DNA of 55,042 nucleotides from a virus (taxonomy: Duplodnaviria > Caudoviricetes), in the IMG/VR virus record IMGVR_UViG_3300042908_001089, positions 1 through 55,042 of that record. One strand, 5' to 3'. Each line of letters begins with the position of its first letter. Positions within the stretch are counted from its first letter, which is position 1. The notes under the pieces are model-generated. The model worked only from the letters and a program-made list of their open reading frames with translations, made no database searches and was not told the DNA's origin. This document shows positions 37,511 through 46,382 of the stretch, piece after piece. The position numbers and the translations under genes are program-made.

Positions 37511-38923
37511 TTACGCATTAACAAGGTTGTCACAAAGTACAAAGGATGCTTCATGGCGAGGTGCACCATCGGTGTACATAATGCCACGATACCACGTTTG
37601 GTCGGTCGTAAATGGTGTATCACCTTGGGTGCTGATTTGGAACTCGATTGCTCCACTCATCGCAACAAGGTAATCGGTGAAGTCACCACCAAGTACATAA
37701 GACAAGTTAGAAGCACTACCCTTAGTACGAGTACCACTAATTTGAGTGGACTTGTAGACAGGGTTGCCGTAAAGATTGCCAGGGGTAGCTCGGGTCAAAT
37801 CAATGTTCGCGTTCATTTCACGGAACATGTTAAACACGAATGGGCCCTTTTTATCTCCAGCGGTAACAGCGTCAGCTCGTCTATTGGAGATGGCTGCGTA
37901 CATTAAAGGACGCATTACAAATGCTTTGAACGAAGCATTTTGTTCTTCAACCTTGCCGATCATTTGAGCAATATCTTCAGGTTCTAAAGTGTTGCCGTTG
38001 GCAGCTACTGTAGAAGCTGTATGCCTTGTGATACCAGCGTAGTTGATAAGACCCTTAGGTTCGTTGCTTGAACCAGTTGCTTCAAGAAGCGACTTGTCCA
38101 ACCGCAGAGCCAGAACACGACTAATGTCTTCACGGAGGAACATTTCAACAGAGATAGAGCTGAAGCGAAATAGCTCATTAGGTACTTTGCAAAGAATGCC
38201 AAGTTTCTTGGCCTGCAAGAGTACATCCCCTGTTTCGGGTTGGGATTCCGTAATCGCATTGGATTCACCGACCCAGTAGGCAGTACCAGCGTTAGTTTGC
38301 CTTGGGAAGGTAATTCGGCCATTGGGTGGCATGGCTATAGTTCTGGCACCGGCTTGCATGAAAACTTCGTTGTTACGGAGTAGGTCAATAAGTTCACCTT
38401 GGACTGGAGGAGCAACAAGAGCTCCGCCTTGACCTTCGTCAATCCAAGATAAAGCTTTGGTCTGACCCCAATGTTTTTGACGGAGTGCAAACACTTCGTC
38501 ACGGTCAACACCGGATACACCGGCTTGAACTACTTGTTTCATTTCTCTTGCAAACCCTTCTTCACCGGGAATTTCCGCGATGTAGTCAGAGCCGAAGGGA
38601 GCCATGATAGTATTTGTTGAAGCCTTGTTGTAGCCAAGACGATCAACATAAAGGTTCTGAAGCTTCTTAGCGGTTTCCCATTCAACCCGAGCATTCTCAG
38701 GAGAAAGTTCACCACGAAGAAGACCGAAGAGTTTTACGAAGCTGTAGCCACGACTGGACATAGAATCTTCACCCTTGCGAACTGAAGGAGCTGCACCGGG
38801 TAGGTTGCCCCTTACAGATTTGCTAGAGGTTTCAATTTCTTCCAGCTTGGTCTGAAGCTTAGCTTGGTTGTCTTGAATGCCTTGAATAGCATCTAAAACA
38901 GGTTTGTTCTTTTTCTCTGCCAT
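37511..38923 (-). CDS. Major capsid protein, HK97 fold
   Basis: N-terminal coiled-coil delta domain, GGALVAP, AYWVGE, KKLG, EPKGLIN, GDF, DG.PRH.ASF. Confidence 0.95.
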   Translation of the reverse strand: MAEKKNKPVLDAIQGIQDNQAKLQTKLEEIETSSKSVRGNLPGAAPSVRKGEDSMSSRGYSFVKLFGLLRGELSPENARVEWETAKKLQNLYVDRLGYNKASTNTIMAPFGSDYIAEIPGEEGFAREMKQVVQAGVSGVDRDEVFALRQKHWGQTKALSWIDEGQGGALVAPPVQGELIDLLRNNEVFMQAGARTIAMPPNGRITFPRQTNAGTAYWVGESNAITESQPETGDVLLQAKKLGILCKVPNELFRFSSISVEMFLREDISRVLALRLDKSLLEATGSSNEPKGLINYAGITRHTASTVAANGNTLEPEDIAQMIGKVEEQNASFKAFVMRPLMYAAISNRRADAVTAGDKKGPFVFNMFREMNANIDLTRATPGNLYGNPVYKSTQISGTRTKGSASNLSYVLGGDFTDYLVAMSGAIEFQISTQGDTPFTTDQTWYRGIMYTDGAPRHEASFVLCDNLVNA

Positions 38924-38955
38924 GATTGGTTATGTCCTTTCGTAGATTAAACCAT

Positions 38956-39264
38956 TCAAGAAGAAACTTGTATAAATTCCCCGCAACTGTTTGAACTGAT
39001 TGTGGCCGGAAAATGTCCAAGTCTTCCTTGCATTTGCAATTGAAACCCTGGATGAGATCCCGCGATTACAGGTGGATACCTTCTGCAATCTCCCCACTCG
39101 CCCGCTTGTTGAGTGTTAAGGTTAATCATGCCGACTGAAACAAGCGACTCTTTGGGGTATTTAAACCAATGTAAACAGTTAGAACATTGATTTTTTTTAG
39201 TCCCAATTTCCTGTTCAACTTGGGTAAGAGGCTGAACAGGAAATGAGTTTCGTTTTTCTTTCAT
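38956..39264 (-). CDS. Small Cys-rich (probable metal-binding) protein
   Basis: CSNC.HW, GDCRRYPP, FP....SCGEF. Confidence 0.7.
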   Translation of the reverse strand: MKEKRNSFPVQPLTQVEQEIGTKKNQCSNCLHWFKYPKESLVSVGMINLNTQQAGEWGDCRRYPPVIAGSHPGFQLQMQGRLGHFPATISSNSCGEFIQVSS

Positions 39265-39267
39265 GCG

Positions 39268-39726
39268 TTATTTTCGTCCTGTCAATTCAAATAACTTTTT
39301 GTTAAGTGAATCTTGATTAGACTTCAAAATTGTCAACGCATTTAAGATTGATTTTCGTTCTTCTTCTTCTTCGTTTTTTTGCTCTTCTTCTTCTTGAGCT
39401 TTTTTGGACTTATGCATGTCGTCCATTTTCTCGTGAAGGCTTTTTAAGATATCGGTGTGAGCAATAGCACAATCGTACATATTGTTCATGACTTCAGACA
39501 TGCCTTTAAGAATTTTGGTTGTGTCTTCTTCTTCGGCATCTTTGTCTTCTTCGTCAATACCTTTGTCTTCTTCATCTTCATCATCGATGGCTTTAGCAGC
39601 TTCTTCATCGGTGTCATCTTCATCCATATCTTTTTCTTCTTCGTCTTCATCAATCTCTTTTAATTCTTCATCTTCTTCAGATGGTTTCTTTTTCTTTTTC
39701 TTATCTTCATCTTCTTCATAAGCCAT
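39268..39726 (-). CDS. Putative nested in-frame scaffold protein
   Basis: AAGGAG-cttcaa-ATG inside the protease gene; highly acidic coiled-coil product MAYEEDED... Confidence 0.6.
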   Translation of the reverse strand: MAYEEDEDKKKKKKPSEEDEELKEIDEDEEEKDMDEDDTDEEAAKAIDDEDEEDKGIDEEDKDAEEEDTTKILKGMSEVMNNMYDCAIAHTDILKSLHEKMDDMHKSKKAQEEEEQKNEEEEERKSILNALTILKSNQDSLNKKLFELTGRK

Positions 39727-41556
39727 TTGAAGCTCCTTGGTGTCAGGGAATAATTTTTTCTCTTTATTTACCTTTAATCCAATTTCTTTTTTAGACCCTA
39801 CAACAGAATTAGAATTTACGGAAGGGTGTAGAGCTTTTTTATCTGAAGGTTGTTTTGGTGGAGGAATAAGGGCATCAAGGTCTTTGTCTTCGTTTGATTT
39901 TTTTTCTTTGGAATACTTAGGATGATCTTTGTGTAAGAGATCATTGTCACTAATGTATTTACTGTTTTCGGGTTTTCCATTTTTGCAAAGCTTTAAGAAA
40001 GCATTTACCCTTGCAAAAGCCCATTGAGCCCGAGTCATGTTTGGACGGTGAGATGAAGAGAAAGCTCCTGCACCTCTACGGTAAACAGACTTGACTGCCC
40101 CAAGAGTAGTCTTTGCCCATGCAGGTTTTTCTTTTACATTTTCATTGTGTTTGTCAATTTTGTTTTGAAGCGTCTTTTTTGTTGCCTCGCTAATTTGAAT
40201 TTTACCTTTGTCATCAGAAGCCGAGTTAGGTTTGTTTTTATCACTACCTGTGATTTGATCTTTAGGTGGAGCAGCAGGATTCTTTTTTTCTTTTGAAGCG
40301 TTATTAAGGTTAGAGTTAATTAATTCTTCGTTTAACTCTTTGATAGATTTAGAACTTTTGTTTGGATCAAATGCCCAGTTCTTTAGTGAGATATCTCTTT
40401 TAGATATGGGGCATTCTTTAGATATAGGTTTACCCTTTGGCATTTTTTGCATTCGGGAATTGAAGGCAATTGTTTTATTTGCCCATGTAATATGTTTTTC
40501 AGTCCAGTTTTCTTTTGATGTTGAAAGCAACTCTAGATTTCTTTTTATTGGGCCCGTACTTAAAGATGCTTTTTTAGAACATTTGTGTTCGCTCCAAGCT
40601 TTTAATTCCTTGTACGACATATTGGTTTCTTTTTTATATTTTGAATAAACCTCATTTAATTTTTCTTTGTCCACAGAAGGAGCAGCTTTTTTAAAATCAT
40701 CGCTTGCGACTTGTTTAAATTCGGATTCTAAACCGGGAGTCGGGCCTTGAGGTGAGACATAGGTAATAGGAGAAAACGAAACAGGTACTACAGTTTTTTG
40801 TACAGGAGGGATCCAAGCAGCTAAAGCTTTTCGAACTGCTGGAGTTATTTTTTCTCCTTCAATGTGTCCTCGTCCTAGATGAGCTGCAAGAGCATCTTGA
40901 TTTGCAGGGATGGGAACAACAGACCATTCAATCATATCCCATTCGATAAAGTGCATAATAGGATGACCCATGTTGCGGAAGTCAACAATCTTGTCACCTT
41001 CAGAAGTGGACTCTTCTTTATTGTCTGTATGAATAACGGCGGCTCGAACAGGAAGGAATCCAATAGACGCAGCTTGTAATTCTTTGCGAGCAATGAGGCG
41101 GAAGATAAGTTCTGACTCTGGTGTCTCACCATGAAACCATGCGGTGGAACGGATGATGCCGTTTTCTTTATCTACTTCAAGACAAAGATTTCCTTCAGCA
41201 TCTCGGGCGGAAGCAATGGGAAGGTCATCAGTACGGTGAGCAAAGAAAACACGAGGGTTACGAGCATAGTTTTTTAGGTGTGGAAGACAACCATCTGGCT
41301 CTACGATATCACCATGACGATCTTTGCAACATGTAGATACGATAAACTTTGCACACATTTTGGTTGTATCAATTTCGGGAGCAATATCTGTTTGCGAATC
41401 CATTGCAAGAACGGATTCTTGGTTCTCTAAAGTGTGTACAAGGTTGCGGGAGGCCGTAGCTATACCTGTAAAACCTACAGTTTTGCCTTGGGTTAAAAGA
41501 ATTTCGCGTCGTTTTCGGATAAAAGAAAGAATATCTGCGGTGGTATCAAGCCTCAT
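39268..41556 (-). CDS. HK97-family prohead protease with inserted domains and acidic scaffold tail
   Basis: DRHGDIV, FFAH (His), ASIGF (Ser), IEWSVVPIPAN; AAGGAG RBS before ATG 41556. Confidence 0.92.
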   Translation of the reverse strand: MRLDTTADILSFIRKRREILLTQGKTVGFTGIATASRNLVHTLENQESVLAMDSQTDIAPEIDTTKMCAKFIVSTCCKDRHGDIVEPDGCLPHLKNYARNPRVFFAHRTDDLPIASARDAEGNLCLEVDKENGIIRSTAWFHGETPESELIFRLIARKELQAASIGFLPVRAAVIHTDNKEESTSEGDKIVDFRNMGHPIMHFIEWDMIEWSVVPIPANQDALAAHLGRGHIEGEKITPAVRKALAAWIPPVQKTVVPVSFSPITYVSPQGPTPGLESEFKQVASDDFKKAAPSVDKEKLNEVYSKYKKETNMSYKELKAWSEHKCSKKASLSTGPIKRNLELLSTSKENWTEKHITWANKTIAFNSRMQKMPKGKPISKECPISKRDISLKNWAFDPNKSSKSIKELNEELINSNLNNASKEKKNPAAPPKDQITGSDKNKPNSASDDKGKIQISEATKKTLQNKIDKHNENVKEKPAWAKTTLGAVKSVYRRGAGAFSSSHRPNMTRAQWAFARVNAFLKLCKNGKPENSKYISDNDLLHKDHPKYSKEKKSNEDKDLDALIPPPKQPSDKKALHPSVNSNSVVGSKKEIGLKVNKEKKLFPDTKELQMAYEEDEDKKKKKKPSEEDEELKEIDEDEEEKDMDEDDTDEEAAKAIDDEDEEDKGIDEEDKDAEEEDTTKILKGMSEVMNNMYDCAIAHTDILKSLHEKMDDMHKSKKAQEEEEQKNEEEEERKSILNALTILKSNQDSLNKKLFELTGRK

Positions 41557-43057
41557 GTGATGCTCCTTGTATGTTTTTGTTGTCTGAAGGGGACGAATTT
41601 GGCTCCGGAATAGGCAAATGCGTACCGCCAACAGAAGTAGAACCGGGTGAAGTAGTGTCTTTAGGGGCAGATTTTGGCTCTGAAGATGAGGAATTTGGAG
41701 GGCCAGATGTCATATTGAGGGGAACAATAGGCTGATCTCCCCATTTATCTGCGTATGGTTCGCGTCCCCGCATGAGTCGGACTTCATTTGGAGTGATGGC
41801 ACCACACATGAGATCGGTTTGGATCTGCTTTTCGGTGAGTTCTGGGTCTAAAGGGGTGATGTCTTCCCACCAAACACGAAGCGAAGGGTCGTATTGTCGA
41901 GCTATTTTTTCTGAAAGTACCTGGCCCATGTATCGCATCAGAGGGTTTATGGTCATTTGCATGAATGCAATGTATGAAGCGATGAGCGAACCGTAGGAAC
42001 TGTCTTTGGATAAGCCTACTACGCTGGCTGGAACACCAAAAAGGGCAAGGATATTGTCTCGGGTTTCGGTTGCGGTTTCTCCAAAGAGCATTTGGTTAAT
42101 GCCTAAAGATAACGGAGTTACGGTAGCACCCGGAGGAACAAAGAGAGGTTTATTGCTTCGGGTTTCACCTGTGTAACGAGAGACAAATTTAGCTTCAATA
42201 CGACGGAGAGCTTCGTCTGAAGGGTCTTGATACTTGCCATCAAACTGAATAGCTACGGTAGGGAAAGTTCCGTTTTTGTAAGCGTACCAACGCGAACGAT
42301 TAATTGTATCCATCGTATCTACCCATTGATTCCCTGCGGTCAAAGGGCCAAAGCCGTCAATTTTTGAGACAGGGGATTTGTCTTTAAAGACGGTGACTTC
42401 ATCTGCGGGTAGGAATAATTTTTGATGGACACCCTCTACAGGTCTTACTTCATATCCTGCAATAGCTCTGTCTGTTCCCGGTACAGGCCACATCCAATGC
42501 GAAGGGACTACCCATATAGCTGCAGGAAGACCAAGTGAGTTTTTAGGAGTCCACCAGTAAGCGGAGCCTGTGAGCTTAAAGAACATTACGGTTTCATACC
42601 AAAGATCATAAGAGGTGTCGGGATCGTTAGGGTCTTTGATTAAACGCATTAAAGGATGACGATCCGGTACTGGCTTAAGAGCTTCATGAGCAAGAAGCGG
42701 AGTAAGAGCTTTATTTTTCATATGACGAAAACGCATGCCGTCTTCTGTCTCTGAGCTAACCCAAGAAATGTTAGGAACCGTGGAAGCGACTTGTTGTGCG
42801 ATTGCTCGAATGGCAATGTAGACCCAATGTTTGTAGTTGCGGACTTGTTCGACGCGATAGTCTGTCCACGAACTGATAAAGGGGGTACCGGAAGGACTGT
42901 AGCTTACTAAGCTGGAAAGGTCTTTGGGGTCTCGAATGTCGGGGTAAGGGCCAATATTTGCAAGTACATTCGAATCTAAAGGCGAAGGGGCCCTACCTCC
43001 CGGTTTGCGAGCTGGGAGCTTAGATGAAGAACTTTTTTTACTTGGCTGTTTTGCCAT
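41546..43057 (-). CDS. Portal protein, HK97 family
   Basis: WVYIAIRAIA, HPL..L..PN, LTGSAYW, I..LFGVP, ITPNEVR...G.EP. Confidence 0.95.
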   Translation of the reverse strand: MAKQPSKKSSSSKLPARKPGGRAPSPLDSNVLANIGPYPDIRDPKDLSSLVSYSPSGTPFISSWTDYRVEQVRNYKHWVYIAIRAIAQQVASTVPNISWVSSETEDGMRFRHMKNKALTPLLAHEALKPVPDRHPLMRLIKDPNDPDTSYDLWYETVMFFKLTGSAYWWTPKNSLGLPAAIWVVPSHWMWPVPGTDRAIAGYEVRPVEGVHQKLFLPADEVTVFKDKSPVSKIDGFGPLTAGNQWVDTMDTINRSRWYAYKNGTFPTVAIQFDGKYQDPSDEALRRIEAKFVSRYTGETRSNKPLFVPPGATVTPLSLGINQMLFGETATETRDNILALFGVPASVVGLSKDSSYGSLIASYIAFMQMTINPLMRYMGQVLSEKIARQYDPSLRVWWEDITPLDPELTEKQIQTDLMCGAITPNEVRLMRGREPYADKWGDQPIVPLNMTSGPPNSSSSEPKSAPKDTTSPGSTSVGGTHLPIPEPNSSPSDNKNIQGASHEA

Positions 43058-43117
43058 AATTTTAAATCCATGTTAAGGTTGAGGCGAAAATATTAGACTA
43101 AAAAAGGAGTTTTCTCA

Positions 43118-45598
43118 ATGGCTAACCATTTTAAAAAGCTAATAGCCAACATAGATAAGGCTTTAACTGCAGAATTTAAATACGATCAAGACGATGATGA
43201 GGCAGAACCTCGTTTGGATTTAGATTTTATTGATGGGCTAGTTTCTAAATATCATGACGAATTACGCAAAAACCTTAAAGCAATTACTAATACCGTTAAA
43301 GGCCAAAAGCATGATGAACTTTCGTATGCACCAAACGCTTCTGAAAAAGATAAGGTTAAAGCTAAATTAAAATTTTATGAAACATATCAAAAGAAGTTAA
43401 TAAAGGAGTTAGTAAGAGAGTATCCCGAATTAGAAGGAATTATAAAAACAGGCAACCCTAGTGAATCTTCTTTTTCTATTAAGGCATTAAGTGGGGCTGA
43501 GTGCCCAAAAGTAAACGAGAGTGACTTTTCTCGCAAAGTACAAAACGGGTTGAGAATAAGAGCACAAAACCATCAATCAATTGAAAAAGCAATTAATGAA
43601 AGGTTTGGACGAGAAACCGTATCGATTGTTTCTGCTCATATGGATTCAGTTGGATTTAATGATGCTTACAAGGCGGGAAGGTTTGAGGCTATACAAAAAA
43701 AAGAAGTAGATGCACGAATGGAAGAAGAAAGACGAGAAAGAGAGGATGAAGGAGAAAAGTATGATTCTGCTTTAACAAAAATGGTAGGAGGTAATCCGGG
43801 TAATTGGGTAATAACCTCAGGATCTTTTTCTGGTAAGACCTTAGCTGAAGTGGGAAGTATGATGGAAAACGGAGATGAAGAAGGCAGACGGCTTAATAAT
43901 AAACTTCTTTCTAATTTAGAAGACAAGAAAAATGCAATTGAAGCTAGTGAAACCATTTTACAAAACGAAGAAAAGGCAATTATAGCTCAGGCAAAAAATC
44001 TTACCGGAAGAACTTATACTTATGCACAGCTTTCGGGAATGTATAATAGTTTGCCTCCGGTTATGCAGACATTAATTGATAAACAAGAAAAACGAATAAA
44101 ACATATAGCAATTCTAAGCACCCGTTACCAAAGTGCGTCTATACGATTAAACGCTGATAGCAAAAGAATCAGAGGGATTGCAGACAAAGCTACCAATTGG
44201 ATTTTAAATACTTACGCTACTATTGTTGCTAACCCAAATGCCTTTGCAAGACGGTTTGGAAAAGCTTTACCAGCTAATAAGACAGGTCTTAACAATGCTC
44301 TTGTCGCTATGTTTAAATCTTATGCTAAAAGTTCTGATCTAATAAAAAAAGCGTATCAAGCTAAAGGGGTGTTAGCTGAAGAAGAAAGAAGAGAGGAGTC
44401 TAATTTTTTTTACACCTTAACTGAATTTTACATAGGCAGAGATGGGGTTAAAAGATCTAAACCTGTAACTAGATACAACGCTCCTAAAAAAATGGAAGGC
44501 GAAGGTTTTACTTCAGAAGATACAAGTAAAGAACCAAAAAATTTATCTGAGCAAGATAAGCCAGGAAGAAATGCTTCGGGAAGGGTTTATAAAAAAGACG
44601 GAACAAAAGTTTCAGATGAAGAGGTAAGAAAAAAAAGGAAAGAGAAAGATTACGGTTTAGATGCAATGTTGCGGGGATTGGGTGAAGGGATGAGTGTTCA
44701 CGACAGAGTAAAACTATACAAATTGCAAGATGTATTAAAGAATCTTCCTAAGCGAACCACTAAAGAATGGGTGATTGACCCTTTGACTGGAGAGCAAAGG
44801 TTGATGCGTAAAGGTTCAAATTTAGGTTTGATGTTGGTTTACGATAAACATCGAAAGCTAGTTTGGAAAGAGTTTGATGTTTATGGTAAAGCAAGAAAGG
44901 CGGTAGGAGGGAGTTTAGAAAGACTTAAGCAAAAAGAGATTGATAAACAAAGAATTCTTTTGTTTGCAGCAGAATCTATGATTTCAGATAGCATGGGGAA
45001 AGATCGAACGGTCAAGGAGGCAGATGCCGTAAATCTTGGGCAAGTAGATACTGATCGTAAGGTTACTACTGATGAGGTTTTGGATAAAAATATTCAATAC
45101 GATGGGAGTGAAGCGGGGGATTACAGTTCGCAATTTACAAAGAAAAGACAAAAGTATTCTGAAAAGATTAAAGAAGCAACTTCTTACAAACAGTTAGAAA
45201 AAACGGAAATGAAAATTTATGAAGACATGGGTAAAGCCGGACATATTGTAGATCCAAGTATAAGAAAACAAATTATTATAGTAGGACAAATAGAAAACTT
45301 TATGGAAGGGAGTAGTGATACTCCTAACTTTTATACAGGCCCTATGGTTAGTAGAGAAACCATCTTAGCTATGAGAGAGTATGGATCTCCTGCAAGTATA
45401 AAAGCAATTGAACAATTTCATGAAGCTCAATTAAAACATTACTCTGAAGGTGGGAGGGGTCTGGCAGAAAGTAATTATTTTCATGAATCTGAAAATAGAT
45501 ATTCAACTGAGTACGAATTATTAGATTCACAACTTCCTATTAAAACTCAACTCGATTTAAAACGCATGGAGTTACGAAACTCTGGAGCGAAAGACTAA
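43118..45598 (+). CDS. Large charged helical hypothetical protein (possible internal head protein)
   Basis: 826-aa ORF, AAGGAG RBS, divergent from the portal. Confidence 0.75.
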   Translation: MANHFKKLIANIDKALTAEFKYDQDDDEAEPRLDLDFIDGLVSKYHDELRKNLKAITNTVKGQKHDELSYAPNASEKDKVKAKLKFYETYQKKLIKELVREYPELEGIIKTGNPSESSFSIKALSGAECPKVNESDFSRKVQNGLRIRAQNHQSIEKAINERFGRETVSIVSAHMDSVGFNDAYKAGRFEAIQKKEVDARMEEERREREDEGEKYDSALTKMVGGNPGNWVITSGSFSGKTLAEVGSMMENGDEEGRRLNNKLLSNLEDKKNAIEASETILQNEEKAIIAQAKNLTGRTYTYAQLSGMYNSLPPVMQTLIDKQEKRIKHIAILSTRYQSASIRLNADSKRIRGIADKATNWILNTYATIVANPNAFARRFGKALPANKTGLNNALVAMFKSYAKSSDLIKKAYQAKGVLAEEERREESNFFYTLTEFYIGRDGVKRSKPVTRYNAPKKMEGEGFTSEDTSKEPKNLSEQDKPGRNASGRVYKKDGTKVSDEEVRKKRKEKDYGLDAMLRGLGEGMSVHDRVKLYKLQDVLKNLPKRTTKEWVIDPLTGEQRLMRKGSNLGLMLVYDKHRKLVWKEFDVYGKARKAVGGSLERLKQKEIDKQRILLFAAESMISDSMGKDRTVKEADAVNLGQVDTDRKVTTDEVLDKNIQYDGSEAGDYSSQFTKKRQKYSEKIKEATSYKQLEKTEMKIYEDMGKAGHIVDPSIRKQIIIVGQIENFMEGSSDTPNFYTGPMVSRETILAMREYGSPASIKAIEQFHEAQLKHYSEGGRGLAESNYFHESENRYSTEYELLDSQLPIKTQLDLKRMELRNSGAKD

Positions 45599-45623
45599 CG
45601 AACTTTAAAAATGAGGCTCCGTT

Positions 45624-45660
45624 AAGGAGGGGTACAGTACATATTTATGTACCTTTCTTT
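45624..45660 (+). terminator. Probable hairpin/terminator after the 826-aa gene
   Basis: AAGGAGGGGTACA ... TGTACCTTTCTTT with G-U pairs. Confidence 0.45.
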
Positions 45661-45712
45661 ATATGATTTGACACCCCCCGTAGGGTTTCGACTTATGAAG
45701 ACTGCCATTTTT

Positions 45713-45741
45713 CAGCCATCTCACTTTGGGGTGGCTGTTTT
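45713..45741 (+). promoter_or_regulatory. Terminator-like leader hairpin before the first early gene
   Basis: CAGCCATCTC-acttt-GGGGTGGCTG-TTTT. Confidence 0.55.
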
Positions 45742-45759
45742 CGTTTAAGGAGTTTCGTT

Positions 45760-46299
45760 ATGGCTAATTTCATCTACATGATTTTCTTGGTTAAGTTGTC
45801 GTTCATCATCACAATGGTTGGTGATTTGAGTATGAACTTCTTTTACTTATGTACTGCAATGTGCGTTGCTGCTTTGAGTACTGCAATGTTGTGTGCTCGT
45901 TCTAGATACACCCTCTTGAAAGAATTTGATGTAACAAAGGTTATGTATGAACACGAAGTGATTCGAGGTGGTCATCCAGAGATTAGGGTTTTCGCCACAA
46001 CAGAAAACGAGATCATCATCAGCACTCATGGCTGCACAGACGGTAGTGTGCTTGGGATTTATCGAGGTAATGTCTCTGTTGATGAGCTTGTGAAACAGTT
46101 GATCAGCATTAAGGTTTTAACTTCTACACAACAAGTAAAAGTTCATTGCTGCTATCCTGCAATGGTTCACTCAACAATTACTAACAACAATATCACAATG
46201 TTGTTTCCTACTATCAAAACCGTGACTTACGGTGATCAAGAAGGAATTTCTGGATTTGGCAAGATGATCTTTCTGAAGAAGGTTCGTTTGTACGTCTAA
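45760..46299 (+). CDS. Hypothetical protein with hydrophobic N-terminus and a possible His-Cys peptidase dyad
   Basis: AAGGAG RBS; IIISTHG ... VKVHCCY. Confidence 0.65.
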   Translation: MANFIYMIFLVKLSFIITMVGDLSMNFFYLCTAMCVAALSTAMLCARSRYTLLKEFDVTKVMYEHEVIRGGHPEIRVFATTENEIIISTHGCTDGSVLGIYRGNVSVDELVKQLISIKVLTSTQQVKVHCCYPAMVHSTITNNNITMLFPTIKTVTYGDQEGISGFGKMIFLKKVRLYV

Positions 46300-46333
46300 G
46301 CGTCAAGTGTTTGTAATTAGTTTGTTTTTTCTA

Positions 46334-46358
46334 AAGCCTCTGCACGTTGCAGGGGCTT
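46334..46358 (+). promoter_or_regulatory. Hairpin upstream of the RNAP-like gene
   Basis: AAGCCTCTGCA-cgt-TGCAGGGGCTT. Confidence 0.6.
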
Positions 46359-46382
46359 GTTCTATTTATAGAGGAGATTCTG

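Noticed and set aside
6091-42000. Many short plus-strand ORFs opposite the late genes (e.g. 6091-6531, 8884-9237, 37553-37906)
   Set aside because: Antisense shadows of well-supported genes, with no motifs of their own
45668-45697. Sigma70 promoter from TTGACA
   Set aside because: No convincing -10 hexamer at 16-18 bp spacing
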